Shown: positions 38,401-51,023, counted from the first letter of the whole stretch. The stretch: DNA of 63,211 bases, filler included, from Diploschistes diacapsis (GCA_023645945.1; 9 parts of 9 records of this genome joined end to end with filler, not necessarily neighbours in it); one strand, 5' to 3'. The notes: generated from the sequence alone by a model not told the origin. Numbers and translations: made by a program.

Positions 38401-41400
38401 CAAGTTCGTACCTTGCCACCAGGATGCAAAAATTCCAAACAGAAACGGAATACGGACACTTTCCACATTGGGTGGCTCGATCAAGAGCAGCTTCGCATTT
38501 CTAGAGGTTTTAGACTCAGGATAAGAAGAGCTCAACGTAAGACTCAAGGCTTTAGAAGACTACGTATGGTTTGCAAAGCGCGATCAACTTTCGATGCTAC
38601 ATCCACGACTTAGAAGGGCGAGCAAGCTTCAGAGAAGTAGTATAAAGTTGCTTCTTGCCCCCGATGCTGCCACCAGATCAAAACTCTGTGCCTCAAACCC
38701 CTGAACTATTGGATCCTCCTCCATGTTTAGAGTTTTGAAAGTCAACTGATGGCCGTATGCACTAAAACGCTCCTTTCCACGGTCAAGAAAGCTTGGAGCA
38801 ATATCCGTATAAAAGTAAGTTGAGCAGTTCAGATGCGGCTCGCCCGAGCTATCTGTACTAGCAATTCGCCTCAGAAGAACTTCCGTGAAAGCACCTGTAC
38901 CGGCGCCGACTTCCAAAATTTTCAAGGAAAGAAATTTGTAAGCTGAAGCTGCAATATATTCAGCTGCTCCCGCATAGTTCAATGCAAGTGCTGGCACGTC
39001 ATATTCTTGAGAAACTGAGTTGCCTTCGAAGAATGTGCTTAGAGGGTCTAACTCTCCGGATAATATGCCTATGCATATGATTATGCGAAAAGTGCATAGC
39101 TTGAAACTCACGCCTATCCGCACTTTACTGTAGCTGCTGATTTGAAATATCGAGTGAGCCTATTAGGGGTCTCGATTTCTGCTTGCATGACTGGTTTTTC
39201 ATCCAAGTATAATATAGTTTCAGATGTGGACGAGATAGATTCAACTGATCTTCTGGAAAGTTTTCAACAGTTACACTGATGAAGTGCTGGACTGCAGCTT
39301 CCCACGCATCGATAAGCTCAGGTAGGACAAAGTCTTCTGCGGGAATCCTACTTCTGCAAAATGCGGATATCTGTTGGGCTGACAGCATGTCGATATCGGG
39401 TTCCCAATGAAGCTGGTGGAACATGCGCTTGCGTCCAAACTGATTACGCAATGATGACTCGATTCCGCTAATTGCTGCAGCAGTATAGCCTTTGACAGCT
39501 ATTCGAGAGATCCGGGTGTCTGTTCCCAAGGCTTGAATATCGTACTTCTTTTCCCTCAATGCTGCCAAGACCTCAAACGCATTGACTTCGAGCTTTTCAG
39601 TGTTTTTATGATTAAGCAAATCATTCGATACTGTACAGCATTGAACCTCATAGGGAACCATGGTCGGAATCGCTTTCCAACTTTCAGCTGAGGAAGCAAC
39701 TGTGGTCGTTTGGAATATAGCATCCAGGGCAATCGGATGAATCACATGATCGTGTATCGAGTGAGCGTTGGGAGTGCTCTTTAGCCAACTCAAGGGATCA
39801 ACAATGGCAGACGCATGACCAATGTCATCAAAGAGAATTTGCCGCAATGCTTGAAATGCGGATCCCATGTCGGTACCAAATTCTCGAATGTTTGTGTAGA
39901 GGTCTCTACTGTCCAGTTTGGACCCGTGCTGCATTAGCCTTGCTCTGGTTGTAGTTTCGTGACGAGACCTATATCCGGTTGCGACAGGCTCTGTGGTGAT
40001 ATGACTTCGGCAAACTTTGGTCCACTCGTCACCGAGAAAGGCGTAGATTTGAAAAAGCTTGTCGACGCTGGATTTGTTCCATACCTCAGTGGTTGAAGGT
40101 ATAAACGTGTCTCTATTCCAGTATCTTGCTCTACTGGGATCAGTAATGGTTTAAGAAACTTGATTTCTTCAAGTCGGTATGATTCAATCTGCTCCTGTGC
40201 AAAAGATATCTGGCGCATGGCTTCGATTGCCATTACCAACATTCCAGCTGCTGGATACAGATCCATTAAACTAGACTGATTAATTATACTTGCAGTGATC
40301 ATTGTATCAATAACTCATACCTTGTGATCGCTCATCCAAGCGCTCCTCGCTGAGCTTCAAAACATTTCGCCATACTCGCTGATCTCCATTCAAGTCTAGG
40401 TCCAATAACCCGAGAAGTTCATGACGTGGATGACGTTGAAACCTAAAGTTTTTGCTCAAGCGGCTTTCAATCCAAAATGAATGCTCATGGTTGAATGGGT
40501 ATGAAGGAAGATCAACCAGAGCTTGCATCTGGTGCGCGTCACATTCTGGCTCATTAATAGCTTGGTAATTCAGTTCGAACCCTCTGGACAACAGTTGTCC
40601 CATTAGCTCCAGACATGTCTCCACGGCATCGTATCCTTGTTTCAGCATGCTACCATATTCGAAGCGCATAAAAGTCAAGTCTGAATGGAAAATCTCATGG
40701 ACCAGTCTTCTCAACGCAGCGTGCGGCCCTACCTCGATCAGATAATCTATTGCACTCTCGGACATAGTTTGGCATTCTTTCAGATAAGTACAAAGCCTCC
40801 AAGCGGCCTGAGAAAACTGAACAGGCTGCAGAAGGTTCCTTACCCAATATCTAGCCTCCAGAAGATCATGTGTAGAGAGAGGTGAAGCAGTCACGGAGGA
40901 ATACATAACTGGCCAAGGATGACTAGGCAATGCAGCACTGTTATCGAGGAGCTGCCCTAAGCTTGCTTCATACTCTGACGCAATAGTTTCCATAGTTATG
41001 GAGTGATACGCAACCTGTGTCTCCAAAATGCGAGCGAAGATGCCGCGGGAATCCAGTATCATCTTCAGCTCATTCAGGCACTGCAAGCGACCCGTCAGTG
41101 TGACATTGACTGGACTTTTGATACAGCCGACTGTCACATTACGCCGAATCTCCAAGTTTTCGGATGAATTGAGCAGCTCATGAACGCTTGTCTCTGACAT
41201 GGCAATGGCCATCATTCCTCCTGGTTGTTTGTGTTATCGAATCAAAGTAGAACAGAGAGCGCCTCTGTGATAGGCAACACGTAGAGCCGAGCGTTGCGAA
41301 AGAGGCCCTGCACAGTAAGCTGCTGCAATTTCACCAGAAGAATGTCCAACAACAGCGATAGGTCGAATGTTCCACGATAGAAGGAGATCAACTAGGCCGA

Positions 41401-43607
41401 TTTGTAAAGCCGTACAAAGAGGTCGTGAAATTTTAGGATCATTTACGTGGGAATCGGTCTCATTCCTGATTACTTTTCCTACGAGATAATTAGTATAATT
41501 CTGCTGGAGCCTATTCCATGAGCTTACGTAGTGAGCTCCAATCTGAATCGACTTGTGATATACATTGCTCTGAACGTCGAAGGCTGTCCCTAAAAATAGG
41601 AAATTGCAACAGCTCTCGGCCCATTTCGCGCCATTGAGCGCCTTGTCCGGTGAAGATTAGCCCGACTCTATTGTTTTTCATGTCAGTCGAAGACCGAATC
41701 GGTTTGGAAAGATTTGATGGCTCTAGCTTATCAAGAGCTTCACCTGGTGAACGAGCGCTCAAAAAAGCTTTCCAGGGGAGCGACGTTCGCCGAGTCGCCA
41801 GGGTATAGGCTAGGTTTCTGAGTCGAGAGGATGTGTAGGAGATTTAAATAACGTTGAAGATGTTCCTGATAGGACTGCCGCAGTCTCTCGATGCCCCCCC
41901 TCTATCGGATGCTGAGAAAACGAGCAATTTCCGCTCTCGACGAGACGTAACATCAATGGACTTCCATTCGTCACACTCCGGCTCAGTGCTTGTCAGTGTT
42001 GCATGTTTTCCTTGAATACTACGAGCTCGAAAATAGTGGTAGGCATCGTCCAGTATGACATGCGCGTTCGCACCGCCATAGCCGAAGGAATTCACTGAAG
42101 CACGACGTAAGCCTGTTCTAGGCCAGTTTAAAGCTTTCTCGGAAACTACATGTAATATTAGCCTACGCGAGTCTCAATTTCGTGCGCTACTCACGCTTAT
42201 TGTGGTTCCTACAGCCTGAATCGCTTCATTATGCTCTTTGAACCAGATGTTTGGGGGAACAAGACCTCTTTCTAATACCAGTATACTCTTAATGAGGCCG
42301 GCTAGACCCGCAGCACCTTCAAGATGTCCAATGCTCGACTTGACGGCGCCTATGAGAAGCGGGCCACTATCTCCACGATCCTTGAAAACGTTACCAATGG
42401 CATTAGCTTCGATAGGATCCCACAACACTAGTTCCAGTTCCATGTGCCTCGAAAAATCCCGTATCAGCAAAGTTGAGGCCGACTTTAGTAAATTTCTGGC
42501 GCAGAAGTAGTTCTTGAGCCTCTTGACTTGGTTGAGTTAGGGTAGTTGTTCTTTCATCTTGATTAGAGCCTGTAGTACGAATGATTGCTCGTACAGTGTC
42601 GTTATGAAGCAGAGCTTGCTCGAGTGGTTTGAGTACAAGAACTGCAGTCCCTTCGCTCCGGGCATAACCATTGGCACGTTTGTCAAAGCTATAGCACTTA
42701 CTGTTTGGACTGAGAAAACGGAGATTAGACAATGGAATATTGTATATTTCCGGGGTAAGTATCAAGCTGGATGCTGCAACGATTCCCTGGTTCACGCTAA
42801 TTAACTATTGTGGCTTCAAATAAGAGGTTTGGTCTAACCATAGTAGTTTCTCCAGATCTCAAGCTCTGTGCTGATAGATGCAAAGCATTCAAACTACTTG
42901 AGCATGCTGTATCCAAAGTGATGGTGGACCCACGGAGCTCAAAAAACCAGCTGACGCGATTGGAAAGCATTGAAGGGCCAGTACTAGTGGCTATATATAT
43001 TTTGCAGGCATTTTGCGGGTCGTTTGAGATCAATGATTGATATTCATTGCTGAAGCAGCCAACATGCACAGAGGTTCTTGAGCCAGCAATGTCGGCCATA
43101 GTAATACCAGCTTTGAGAAGAAATTAGTGTTTCTGTACGAGCTCAAATAATCATTACTAAAGGCGCATAGCTAACCATTTTCGAAAGCATGGAAGGTTTC
43201 TTCTAAGATTAGACGTTGCTGCGGGTCCATACAGTCTGCTTCTGCCGGCAAGACTGAGAAAAAGGGCGCATGGAACAAAGCCATGGAGTCGTGAAGGAAA
43301 TGTCCCCCTTTCAAATTCATCTACGAGAAATTAAAGATGCCGATTTCGTAGAAAGGCATGACTCAACGGTATCTTTGCGCTCGGCGTCTGGATGATAAAA
43401 TGCTTCGGCGTTCCACCGATCCTTAGGGACTTCAGTCATTGCAGATTGGCCTTCCACGAGCATCTTCCAAAAGCCTTCGACCGTGTTCCCGTCTTGAGGA
43501 AATCTCAGGGATAGTCCGACAACGGCAACATCTTTCGATGTATCGAATGTGTTTTTCCTGTCTCCCAGGGGGTTAGAAACTTGAACGTACGTATCGGCCT
43601 GCGTCAT
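35482..43607 (-). pseudogene. Highly reducing iterative type I PKS (KS-AT-DH-cMT-ER-KR-ACP), multiply frameshifted
   Basis: KS: DTACSSS, HGTGT, GHLEGAAG. AT: GQGAQW, GHSSGE, AYHS. DH: HELLG, YPAAG, HPIALD. cMT: LEVGAGTG. ER: IHSGAGGVGQAAIQ. KR: GGLGGLG, GQGNYAAAN. ACP: VDSL. Non-intron frame breaks at about 42422, 41880, 40030, 38420, 37850, 37560 and 36190, plus an in-frame stop at 39125. Confidence 0.92.
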
Positions 43608-44685
43608 ATTGTCAATAGCTATGCGTAGGGCTGCTTGATGAAGGAGCGCTAGATATTGCTTTACTGGAGTTAAAGGATCTGCGAGTGACTCGAGGGCGCG
43701 ACACAATAAGAAAGTGGAACCTTTGGCAGGCAGACTTTCAATTGAAATCGATTGCAAAGGTGCAAAGCGCTGTACATATCTTTATCTCCGGACTCAGCTG
43801 ACATAGATGAGCCAGTCCAGGCAGCTCTGTCAGCACCAGCTGCTGGTATGTGGCGAGCTTAGGCAAGTCAATCAATCAGGTAATTGCGCCGTCCTCGCAT
43901 GTCAGACGGTGCAACTTCTCGCTGATAATGCGGAACAAAAATCTAGGCAAGACCCGTATAATGTCTTCCGACAATGTTTAATTGCGCCTTCTTGATCTGA
44001 CCAATGATGCCTCAATACAGTCGATGTATTAAAGCTGCCTTCTGTAGCGATGTCTGGTTTGCCGCGCTTCAACGAGGCCGTGATGCTTGAGATAGCCAAG
44101 GCTTCTCCCTGCCCTTTGCGGCCGCCACATCAATTGATGTCGTTTCTAATGTAGCTTGCCCCTCACTAGCTAATGCCTCGATTTGCCTGCACAGTGCCTT
44201 ATATCCCCGCGTCGCTTCAATGCAGCCGCTCGCTTCGATTTGAGCAGCGCATTGGTAAAGTTTTTGACTTGGGTTAGTAGGTCGACAGTGTGCGGAGCAT
44301 GCTGGCTCAGCCAACCTTGGTCCTTTATCGAAATGCTTTGTGTTCCGTGGTGTCGACCAAGAATGCTTGTGTGTCATTGGTTTCTCGCACACCGAAGTTT
44401 ACGCTGAAATTCTGTGAAAAGCAAACAGCTGCACCGCTTAGATGCAGGAGCTGATTGGCCCCAAAAGCCAGATATGGAAGGCATGCAAGGACCTGGAAGA
44501 GTAGTAGAATGCTCCAGTCAAAAGGTCTCTGAGCTGCAATTGAGACGATGACAGCGCTGTATTAAATTAGACTGAATATCCCTAGCTGTAAGGAAGTGTG
44601 AGAATTCAAATTCATGTGGATTCGTGCACTTAGAGCATTGTGTCAAACTCTCCTGCATCTTTGACCATCAAATCCTTTGAGCAGA

Positions 44686-45855
44686 ATGGCTCACCTCCTC
44701 AATTCTGGCGCTACTGCGGTGCGCCTCTCCTCTGCCATGATAGTGATTGTGACCTTAGCCCTTACTCTTCGTATTTGGGCTCGATCGAAAGTAAAAGGAG
44801 GGCTTTCAATCGAAGACGTGCTGATTGCACTCGCCGGAGCGGTCTTCTACGCCTATAGTGGTGTATTCCTTCATGGTAAGGTCCATAAGCTTCTTCAAAG
44901 ATTGATTCTGATAATTCTTTATGAAGCCCTCGTTGGACCAGATTCAGATGGAACTCTTGACATGAACCAAATGAGTCTAGCAGGACTGAATGACTGGCTG
45001 TTGGTTCGTTGGGCCAAGCTTATGAGGTAGTCTATCTGACTGAAAGCATCTGTTCAGCCTGGAATTCCTGTTCTTACTCGACATTACCTTGGTGAAGATT
45101 TCGATCCTTTATTTCTACCGCCATATCTTCACGACTCCTCCGTTGTTTCGTCGGACGACCTTTGCACTCATTCTTCTCTGCTGTGCTTGGTGGTTGATCA
45201 GTTGTTTGCTGGCGATTTTCCAATGCTCACCAGTTTATGCGTTCTGGAATATTGAAGCACAGCTTGCAAGTACTGTTTGTTTGTCAGCTATTAATATTAT
45301 ATTCGGATTCGAGGTCTTCAATGTTGCGCTCGATCTTGCAATCCTTTCCTTGCCCGTATACATGGTTCGAAAACTTCAGTTGCCAAGAAACCGGAAAGTC
45401 AGCATAAGTGCAATCTTTCTGCTTGGAGGATTGTGAGTTCCAGCCCTTCCTCCTCAATTGATTATTGACATCTTTTCGTAGTGTATGCATAACATGCGTG
45501 GTTCGCATGTATTGGGTATATGACCCAATGACTGGAACTCAGAGTAAGTACGGGCAATGACTAAAGGGAAACTGCCCTCATATGTTCTGCAGGATCACTA
45601 CCTGGCGTCATGAATTGGACCACAATCGAACTTGCATCTGCCATTGTTTGCGCATGCTTACCCACATATGGCCCAACTTTCAATGTGAAGTCTGCTCTAC
45701 TTATAACGATTAAATCATGGTACAGCAATCTCGTGGCCAGCGTTCGCTTGAATAAAAGTTCCCAGTCACGAGCATGGTCTAGGCATAATGACAAAGCGGG
45801 ACCAACTGTCAATCTATCCAGACGATACAATCAGTATGCGATACGAACGATCTAA
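44686..45855 (+). CDS. Pth11-like (fungal rhodopsin-domain) integral membrane protein without CFEM, 5 exons
   Basis: LRIWAR...IEDVLI, VKISILYFYRHIF, FQCSPVYAFWN, NVALDLAILSLP...LQLPRNRKVSISAIFLLG, WTTIELASAIVCACLP. Introns 44876-44926, 45004-45046, 45433-45481 and 45544-45592 give an intact frame. Confidence 0.88.
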
Positions 45856-46302
45856 CGACTCGGGAAGCAGCCTGCTTGTCTGGATGGGAAGCGCAATTCC
45901 CTGTCTGACTAGAAATCATCCGGAATCATCCTCTCCTGGTGGTCAGCAAAATTTCCCTCCATGAGTTCAGACCCCACGGTGTGAGGCATAGATTCTTCAG
46001 TACGGAACCATAATCTGTCACATTAAAGAACTATCCAGACGCCACCGGCAAGGCAAACGAAAGTGACGCATGCTGTGCAGTATGGCGCAGGCGCGTGCAT
46101 GCGCAATGGGGTTAATGCCCTTTTTAAGACAACGAAGGCATCAGACCCTTCATCCTTGTCCACCTTCTTTAACAAAGTCGGAAATAGCGGATAGGCACGT
46201 TTCACTGCATTGTCTGTACAATAAATTGGCTTCTGCAGTCCCCGTTACGTTCTCGTTCCTTAAGTCACAACCAAGACCACTTGCTCGTTCTTTCTCTGCT
46301 TC

Positions 46303-47457
46303 ATGAGTACCCTCAGCTACCTTCGGGCTAAGTTTCTGGCGCTTTACATTCTACGGCTAGTTTACATGTTGTCACCTTGGACTCAGCATCCTGGCAAAGG
46401 TCTTTACGCTGCAGGCTTCTTCGCAACTTTGCCGCTCCGAGCACTATTTTGCTTGATCTACTATCTACCTCCTGGACTTAGGCCACATCCACAATGGTCA
46501 TATCACCAAGCGGTAGGGCATTTTGCCCTCGGAGCTCTATTCAGCATGTGGACAACAATCCACTACCACCCAACCAAAACTCTTGATCCAGGACCTCAGG
46601 GTGACCCTTTCGTATCTCTTACACCCTCCAAAGCATGCTCTTACCTTGGCGTGCTTGATGACCAGCACATCAAACCAATCACAATAGGAGCTATGTGGTA
46701 TCCCCGGCTTTATTCGCCTGTAAATGACTCAGGCAAGAAAGTCTTTCTCTATTTCCACGGAGGCGCATATGTTCTCGGTGGCTGTCGACCTTCCAGAGGC
46801 GGTTATGCTCCAGAATTGCTTGCGAAGGTGTCTGGTGGCACCACACTGGCGCCGCAATACCGGCTTGCCTGGCAGCATGGGGGATGTTTCCCGGCGCCCA
46901 TTCAAGATGCAATCACTGCCTACGCCCACCTCCTCTCGCTAGGAATCAAAGCCGAGGATATCATCTTTTCTGGCGAGTCTGCAGGCGGCAACTTGGCTTT
47001 GGTCACGCTGCGCTATCTCATCAATCATGGGGCGTCTGCTGGGCTGCCTCGCCCTGGTGGCGTCTGTGTCTTTAGTCCATGGGTTGATATGACGATGACT
47101 GCCGATGAGATTCTAAAGAGTCCTCAATTTCGTACGGACTGGCTGCCAACCGAGCTCCCTGATTACGCCACAGACCTGTACGTCCCGTTGCATAAACGCG
47201 CAAATGACGAGTACATGTCGATCCTGGGCAACGAGTTCGCAACGGATGTGCCCATTTTTGTCCAGACTGGCGACGCTGAGATCCTCTACGACTCCAATGT
47301 TGCTGTCGTCGAAGGTATGCGCAAGAAGGGAGCCCGCGTGGCATGCCATGTAATTAAGAACGCTGGCGATGATGCATTCGGTACTGCTCCTGTGCTTGGG
47401 CTAACAAGAGAAGCTGAAAATATTGCTGCAGCGGCAATAAAATTCATAGAAGGCTAA
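46303..47457 (+). CDS. Alpha/beta hydrolase fold-3 (HSL-family esterase/lipase)
   Basis: HGGAY oxyanion motif, PQYRLA, FPAPIQDAITAY, nucleophile GESAGG, FSPWVD, G.AEIL; 384-aa single exon. The expected catalytic His position reads NAGDD. Confidence 0.9.
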   Translation: MSTLSYLRAKFLALYILRLVYMLSPWTQHPGKGLYAAGFFATLPLRALFCLIYYLPPGLRPHPQWSYHQAVGHFALGALFSMWTTIHYHPTKTLDPGPQGDPFVSLTPSKACSYLGVLDDQHIKPITIGAMWYPRLYSPVNDSGKKVFLYFHGGAYVLGGCRPSRGGYAPELLAKVSGGTTLAPQYRLAWQHGGCFPAPIQDAITAYAHLLSLGIKAEDIIFSGESAGGNLALVTLRYLINHGASAGLPRPGGVCVFSPWVDMTMTADEILKSPQFRTDWLPTELPDYATDLYVPLHKRANDEYMSILGNEFATDVPIFVQTGDAEILYDSNVAVVEGMRKKGARVACHVIKNAGDDAFGTAPVLGLTREAENIAAAAIKFIEG

Positions 47458-48239
47458 GTGCTCGTATCGAGGACTAGGGTCCGGAAGGGGCGATTTTTGA
47501 CAATTTTGACAGCGCATGATCCTGGGTCTCAGAAGCGTATGAGTTGTGAGGTTGAACACAGCTGATGGCAACTTAAAAGGGTGGAAGGTGTTCCAATTTT
47601 ATCACTACATTCATTCTATATGTAGGCCAGCGGGCTAGCAGTTCCTCCAAAATCCCGGGCTTGACGGCTAAAGATCGATAAAGTATGAACTGATCCGCTG
47701 GCTATGCCTTTGCTGCCGGCGTCTTGAATCTTTCCATTTTTGATGTCTGTCGAGTCTTTATAGTCGAACTTACAAATCTCAGTACGTCTGGTGTTCATCT
47801 TTGACGACTCATAATAAGACTTCAAGTATACTTACATATTTGCATTGCTCCCAGTATGTTCCATGCAAACCAGACTGGGCAAACTTCATTCAGGAAGGTG
47901 AACGGAAGAGTCCAATACAATTTTCCCAGCCATTGAGACGCTTTGGAAAGACACCGCTTTCGCAATAAAAGAGGAGGGAAATTCTGCCCCGAGCTCAGTT
48001 TGCTGTCAACAAGCTAGGTGATGCAGCACCCAATGCGGGTGCGGAGGAGCCCAGCTGAGAAGTCTAGAAATCCATCTGAGATGGATGAGGGCCCGGCTAA
48101 GGTATGGGACAGGAGATTACTAAAGTCTAGAACTACATTTAGAGAGACCAGAACAGAGCGCAGAAACGTTAAAGGGCGCAACCTTGTTACTTTATCTTAC
48201 CTTTTGGCGAAACATGAGAGATAGCTGAGATTGAGGGGT

Positions 48240-49210
48240 GGAACCCACCGGAGCTAGCCGCCGTCAGCCGCTCTAAAGATGTATTAAAAAGCGATTTGAT
48301 CCGTGGTACCATTGGATATCTAGAAGTTTAAGGAGTGAGATGTCCGATAAGCAGGCTTTTATACCCATGGGATACCCGCGTTGATTATCAATTAATGAAA
48401 TTAGGTCGATGTTTTCTTCGGGCCACTCTTATCGAGCTTATGAAGCTCTGTTAGAAGTGTTAGATCCATCTTTTTAGGGACGAGATGTACGCCCTCTCAA
48501 CGTAGCAAAATCCCGATTTCCGCCGACAGAACCCTTTACTTCCGTCTTTGAAACTTATACGATGGCACCATTGACCCTGATCTCCTCCATGTCCGGTGGG
48601 AACTGAGCAAAGTACCAATTTGGATCGTAGTGAACTATCCTAATACGCTAACGTAAATAAAAGGACTTCGGAGCCAACGGACTTCGTCTCGCATGCGTCG
48701 CATCCCGTAGCTATGCCAACCTACAAGCTCAAGTCGTAGGTTCCCATCTGCCATCCTCTCTTACCCTCACGAGCTCTTCCCCCCTACGAACGACTACTGC
48801 CGTCGCGGAATCCATAGCAATTACCCTTTCTCCGACCCGAGCTGCCTGTCCACCTACATTTCTCAGAGTTCCCTTCGACTCACTGCCGCATATGCGTACG
48901 CTACAGCCTTTTTCAAGCAGTATAAAATCCCGTATTATCCTACAAGCAATGCCGCATCCTTTCCTATGGGTCAAGCTCCGGAGCGTAATATCTGAGGAAC
49001 AATGGTAGAGAGAGGGAAATGCTGTCAGAGGCAAAGAGGAGGGGCATTGACGAGGAGATCAATTTGAGAGCGGAGAAGGGAAAAGTCGAGCTAGGGAGGG
49101 GTGATCGGTTCGGGGCTGAAGATGGAGGATGGTGGAGGGTCGTTTTCAGTCATCCGAGGGATTATCTAAGGGAGGGTTTACTGAGAGCTTGGAAAGCTGT
49201 ATCAAAGTAG
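48240..49210 (+). pseudogene. Class I/II PLP aminotransferase (ACC-synthase-like) pseudogene
   Basis: DEMYALS*, PFTSV, IDPDLLHVRWELSK/DFGANGLRL (PLP lysine motif split by intron 48612-48663), YYPTSNAASFLWVKL, FGAEDGGWWRVVFSHPRDYLREGL. Several stops and frameshifts; 5' limit uncertain. Confidence 0.8.
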
Positions 49211-49395
49211 GTGAGTATCATCTAAAGTAAGGCCGAAGACGATAGTAATAACTCCAGAGTGTTGCTGTGCACCGTGCCAGTACCTGATTCATAGATTTTG
49301 AGAATGCGCTTCGATCTGTTCATCTGGTTCGTCCCTGCCACATGAGTGGTCAGAAGTTGGAGGAAGATCCTGTAGGACCTGCAAACAAGGAGCGC

Positions 49396-49860
49396 ATGTG
49401 GCAGATAATGACCTGGCTCGCTCCAATAACACAAGTAGAAAAGGAAACCATGTGGCAGATATCGTCGGGGAGAGCTCCAACGGCGTATGCAAATGAAAAG
49501 TACATATGGCAGGTAACGTCAAGGAGACTTCCAACAGCGTATCGAATGGAAAGTACATATAGCATACAACACTAAGAAGAGCTCCAGCAGCGTCACAAAT
49601 GGAAAGCATACGTGGCAGATAACGTTGGGAGAGCTCTGGCAGTATCTTAAATGAAAAACTATATGATAAACAAGGTCGAGAAGAGCTCCAGCAGCGTATG
49701 CAAATGGAAAAGTACATGTGGCATATAACACTGAGGAGAGCTTCCGCAGTGTCTCAAATGGAAAACACGTGTGGCAGATAACGTCGAGGAGAGCTCCAGC
49801 AGGGTATGCAAATGAAAAGTATATGTGGCAGATAACACCGAGGAGCGCTTCATTATCATA
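49396..49860 (+). repeat. Tandem array, 9 units of 51-55 bp
   Basis: Consensus ATGTGGCAGATAACGTCGAGGAGAGCTCCAGCAGCGTATGCAAATG(G)AAAAGTAC. Unit starts at 49396, 49450, 49504, 49557, 49610, 49661, 49716, 49769 and 49823. Confidence 0.92.
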
Positions 49861-49998
49861 TGACCATCCTACAACGAGTAAGTGAAGGCTGTCAAGTGAT
49901 TATCTGTTTTTTAGTGTTTCATAAGCTTTCTGATGCGTTTCTTTTTACTGATGACTGCCCAAGAGTCACGCCTTATTACTCCTTCTTCGACCGAGGAG

Positions 49999-50144
49999 TG
50001 TAGTAGCTGTAATGGCTATTAGCTATTGCTGCTGCTACTAGGGGGTTCGCCTATACTTACTAGGCGCGCTTGCTCCTGCCCTCGTCGCTGTAGCTATGAC
50101 GCCAGGGCCACGATGCCATTAGGCATCCACGCGGTGTAGCTATA
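49999..50144 (+). mobile_element. Short LTR-like repeat, family C (TGTAG...CTA[C/T]A)
   Basis: Similar to 52086-52228, sharing cttactrggc.cgcttg..cctgccctcg and the hairpin GATGCC-ATTR-GGCATC. Followed by progressively RIP-damaged DNA to the contig end. Confidence 0.65.
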
Positions 50145-50653
50145 AAGGCTCGCCGCCCTCACTAGCTATTTGCAATCCATCTTCTTCATCATATAATGAT
50201 TTAACCTTGTTCCCAATAAATAATAGCAACGATTGGTTATCTAATCCATAAAACAATCTAGTTCTAACAATTCCTGCACCTAGTTCATGTATTGAACCAG
50301 AGTTCGTAGTAAAGCTTCGGCCTTATAGAACTTTCTTTTCACCCCTTATTTATAGCAGCTAGAGCTCTTTCTATATTCTGTTTTATCTTTCTTTATACTT
50401 TTTAACTAGATTATAATTAAGATCTAATTTCATATATCGAGCTCGTCCTTCGGTTCTTTTATAGTTAGTTAAAATTTAATTTAAAACTATTTACTATCAT
50501 CTAATATCTTAAAAATCACTTTTATTAAGATTTCCTAGATCTGTCTACGCCTAGAAAAGACGAGCATCGAAAACAAATTCGTTTATTAATTTAAAAAGAA
50601 TTTAACCGGAAAGTAACTTTCTAAATCTATTATCTCGATAAGAAGTCTTTATA

Positions 50654-50753
50654 NNNNNNNNNNNNNNNNNNNNNNNNNNNNNNNNNNNNNNNNNNNNTTA
50701 ATTAATTAANNNNNNNNNNNNNNNNNNNNNNNNNNNNNNNNNNNNNNNNNNNN
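50654..50753. other. Artificial contig linker
   Basis: 44N-TTAATTAATTAA-44N. Confidence 0.98.
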
Positions 50754-51023
50754 ATCTTACGGATTGTTTTTTAATTAACGATTCGTTTATTAAATCGTAT
50801 TCTTTAATCGATAGCATCTCGATTAATTCTTTAAAAAACGGAAGTATTATCGATTTTTTTTTTCTTTTTTAATCCTTTTTATTAGCGGGGGTTATTATTT
50901 ATAATAAATCGGCGGGTAATACTTTCGAGTTCCGGTTATCGTGGACTTATTCGAATATTTAATATTCGATTAATGTTTTAAACTTTCGTCACGAGTACAA
51001 AGATAAAATAAGCTTTTCGAATA

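Noticed and set aside
43900..44400. Short ORFs between the PKS and the Pth11-like gene
   Set aside because: No recognisable motif; more likely the divergent promoter region.
49396..49860. CRISPR-like array
   Set aside because: The whole unit is repeated with no unique spacers, there are no cas genes, and the context is fungal.
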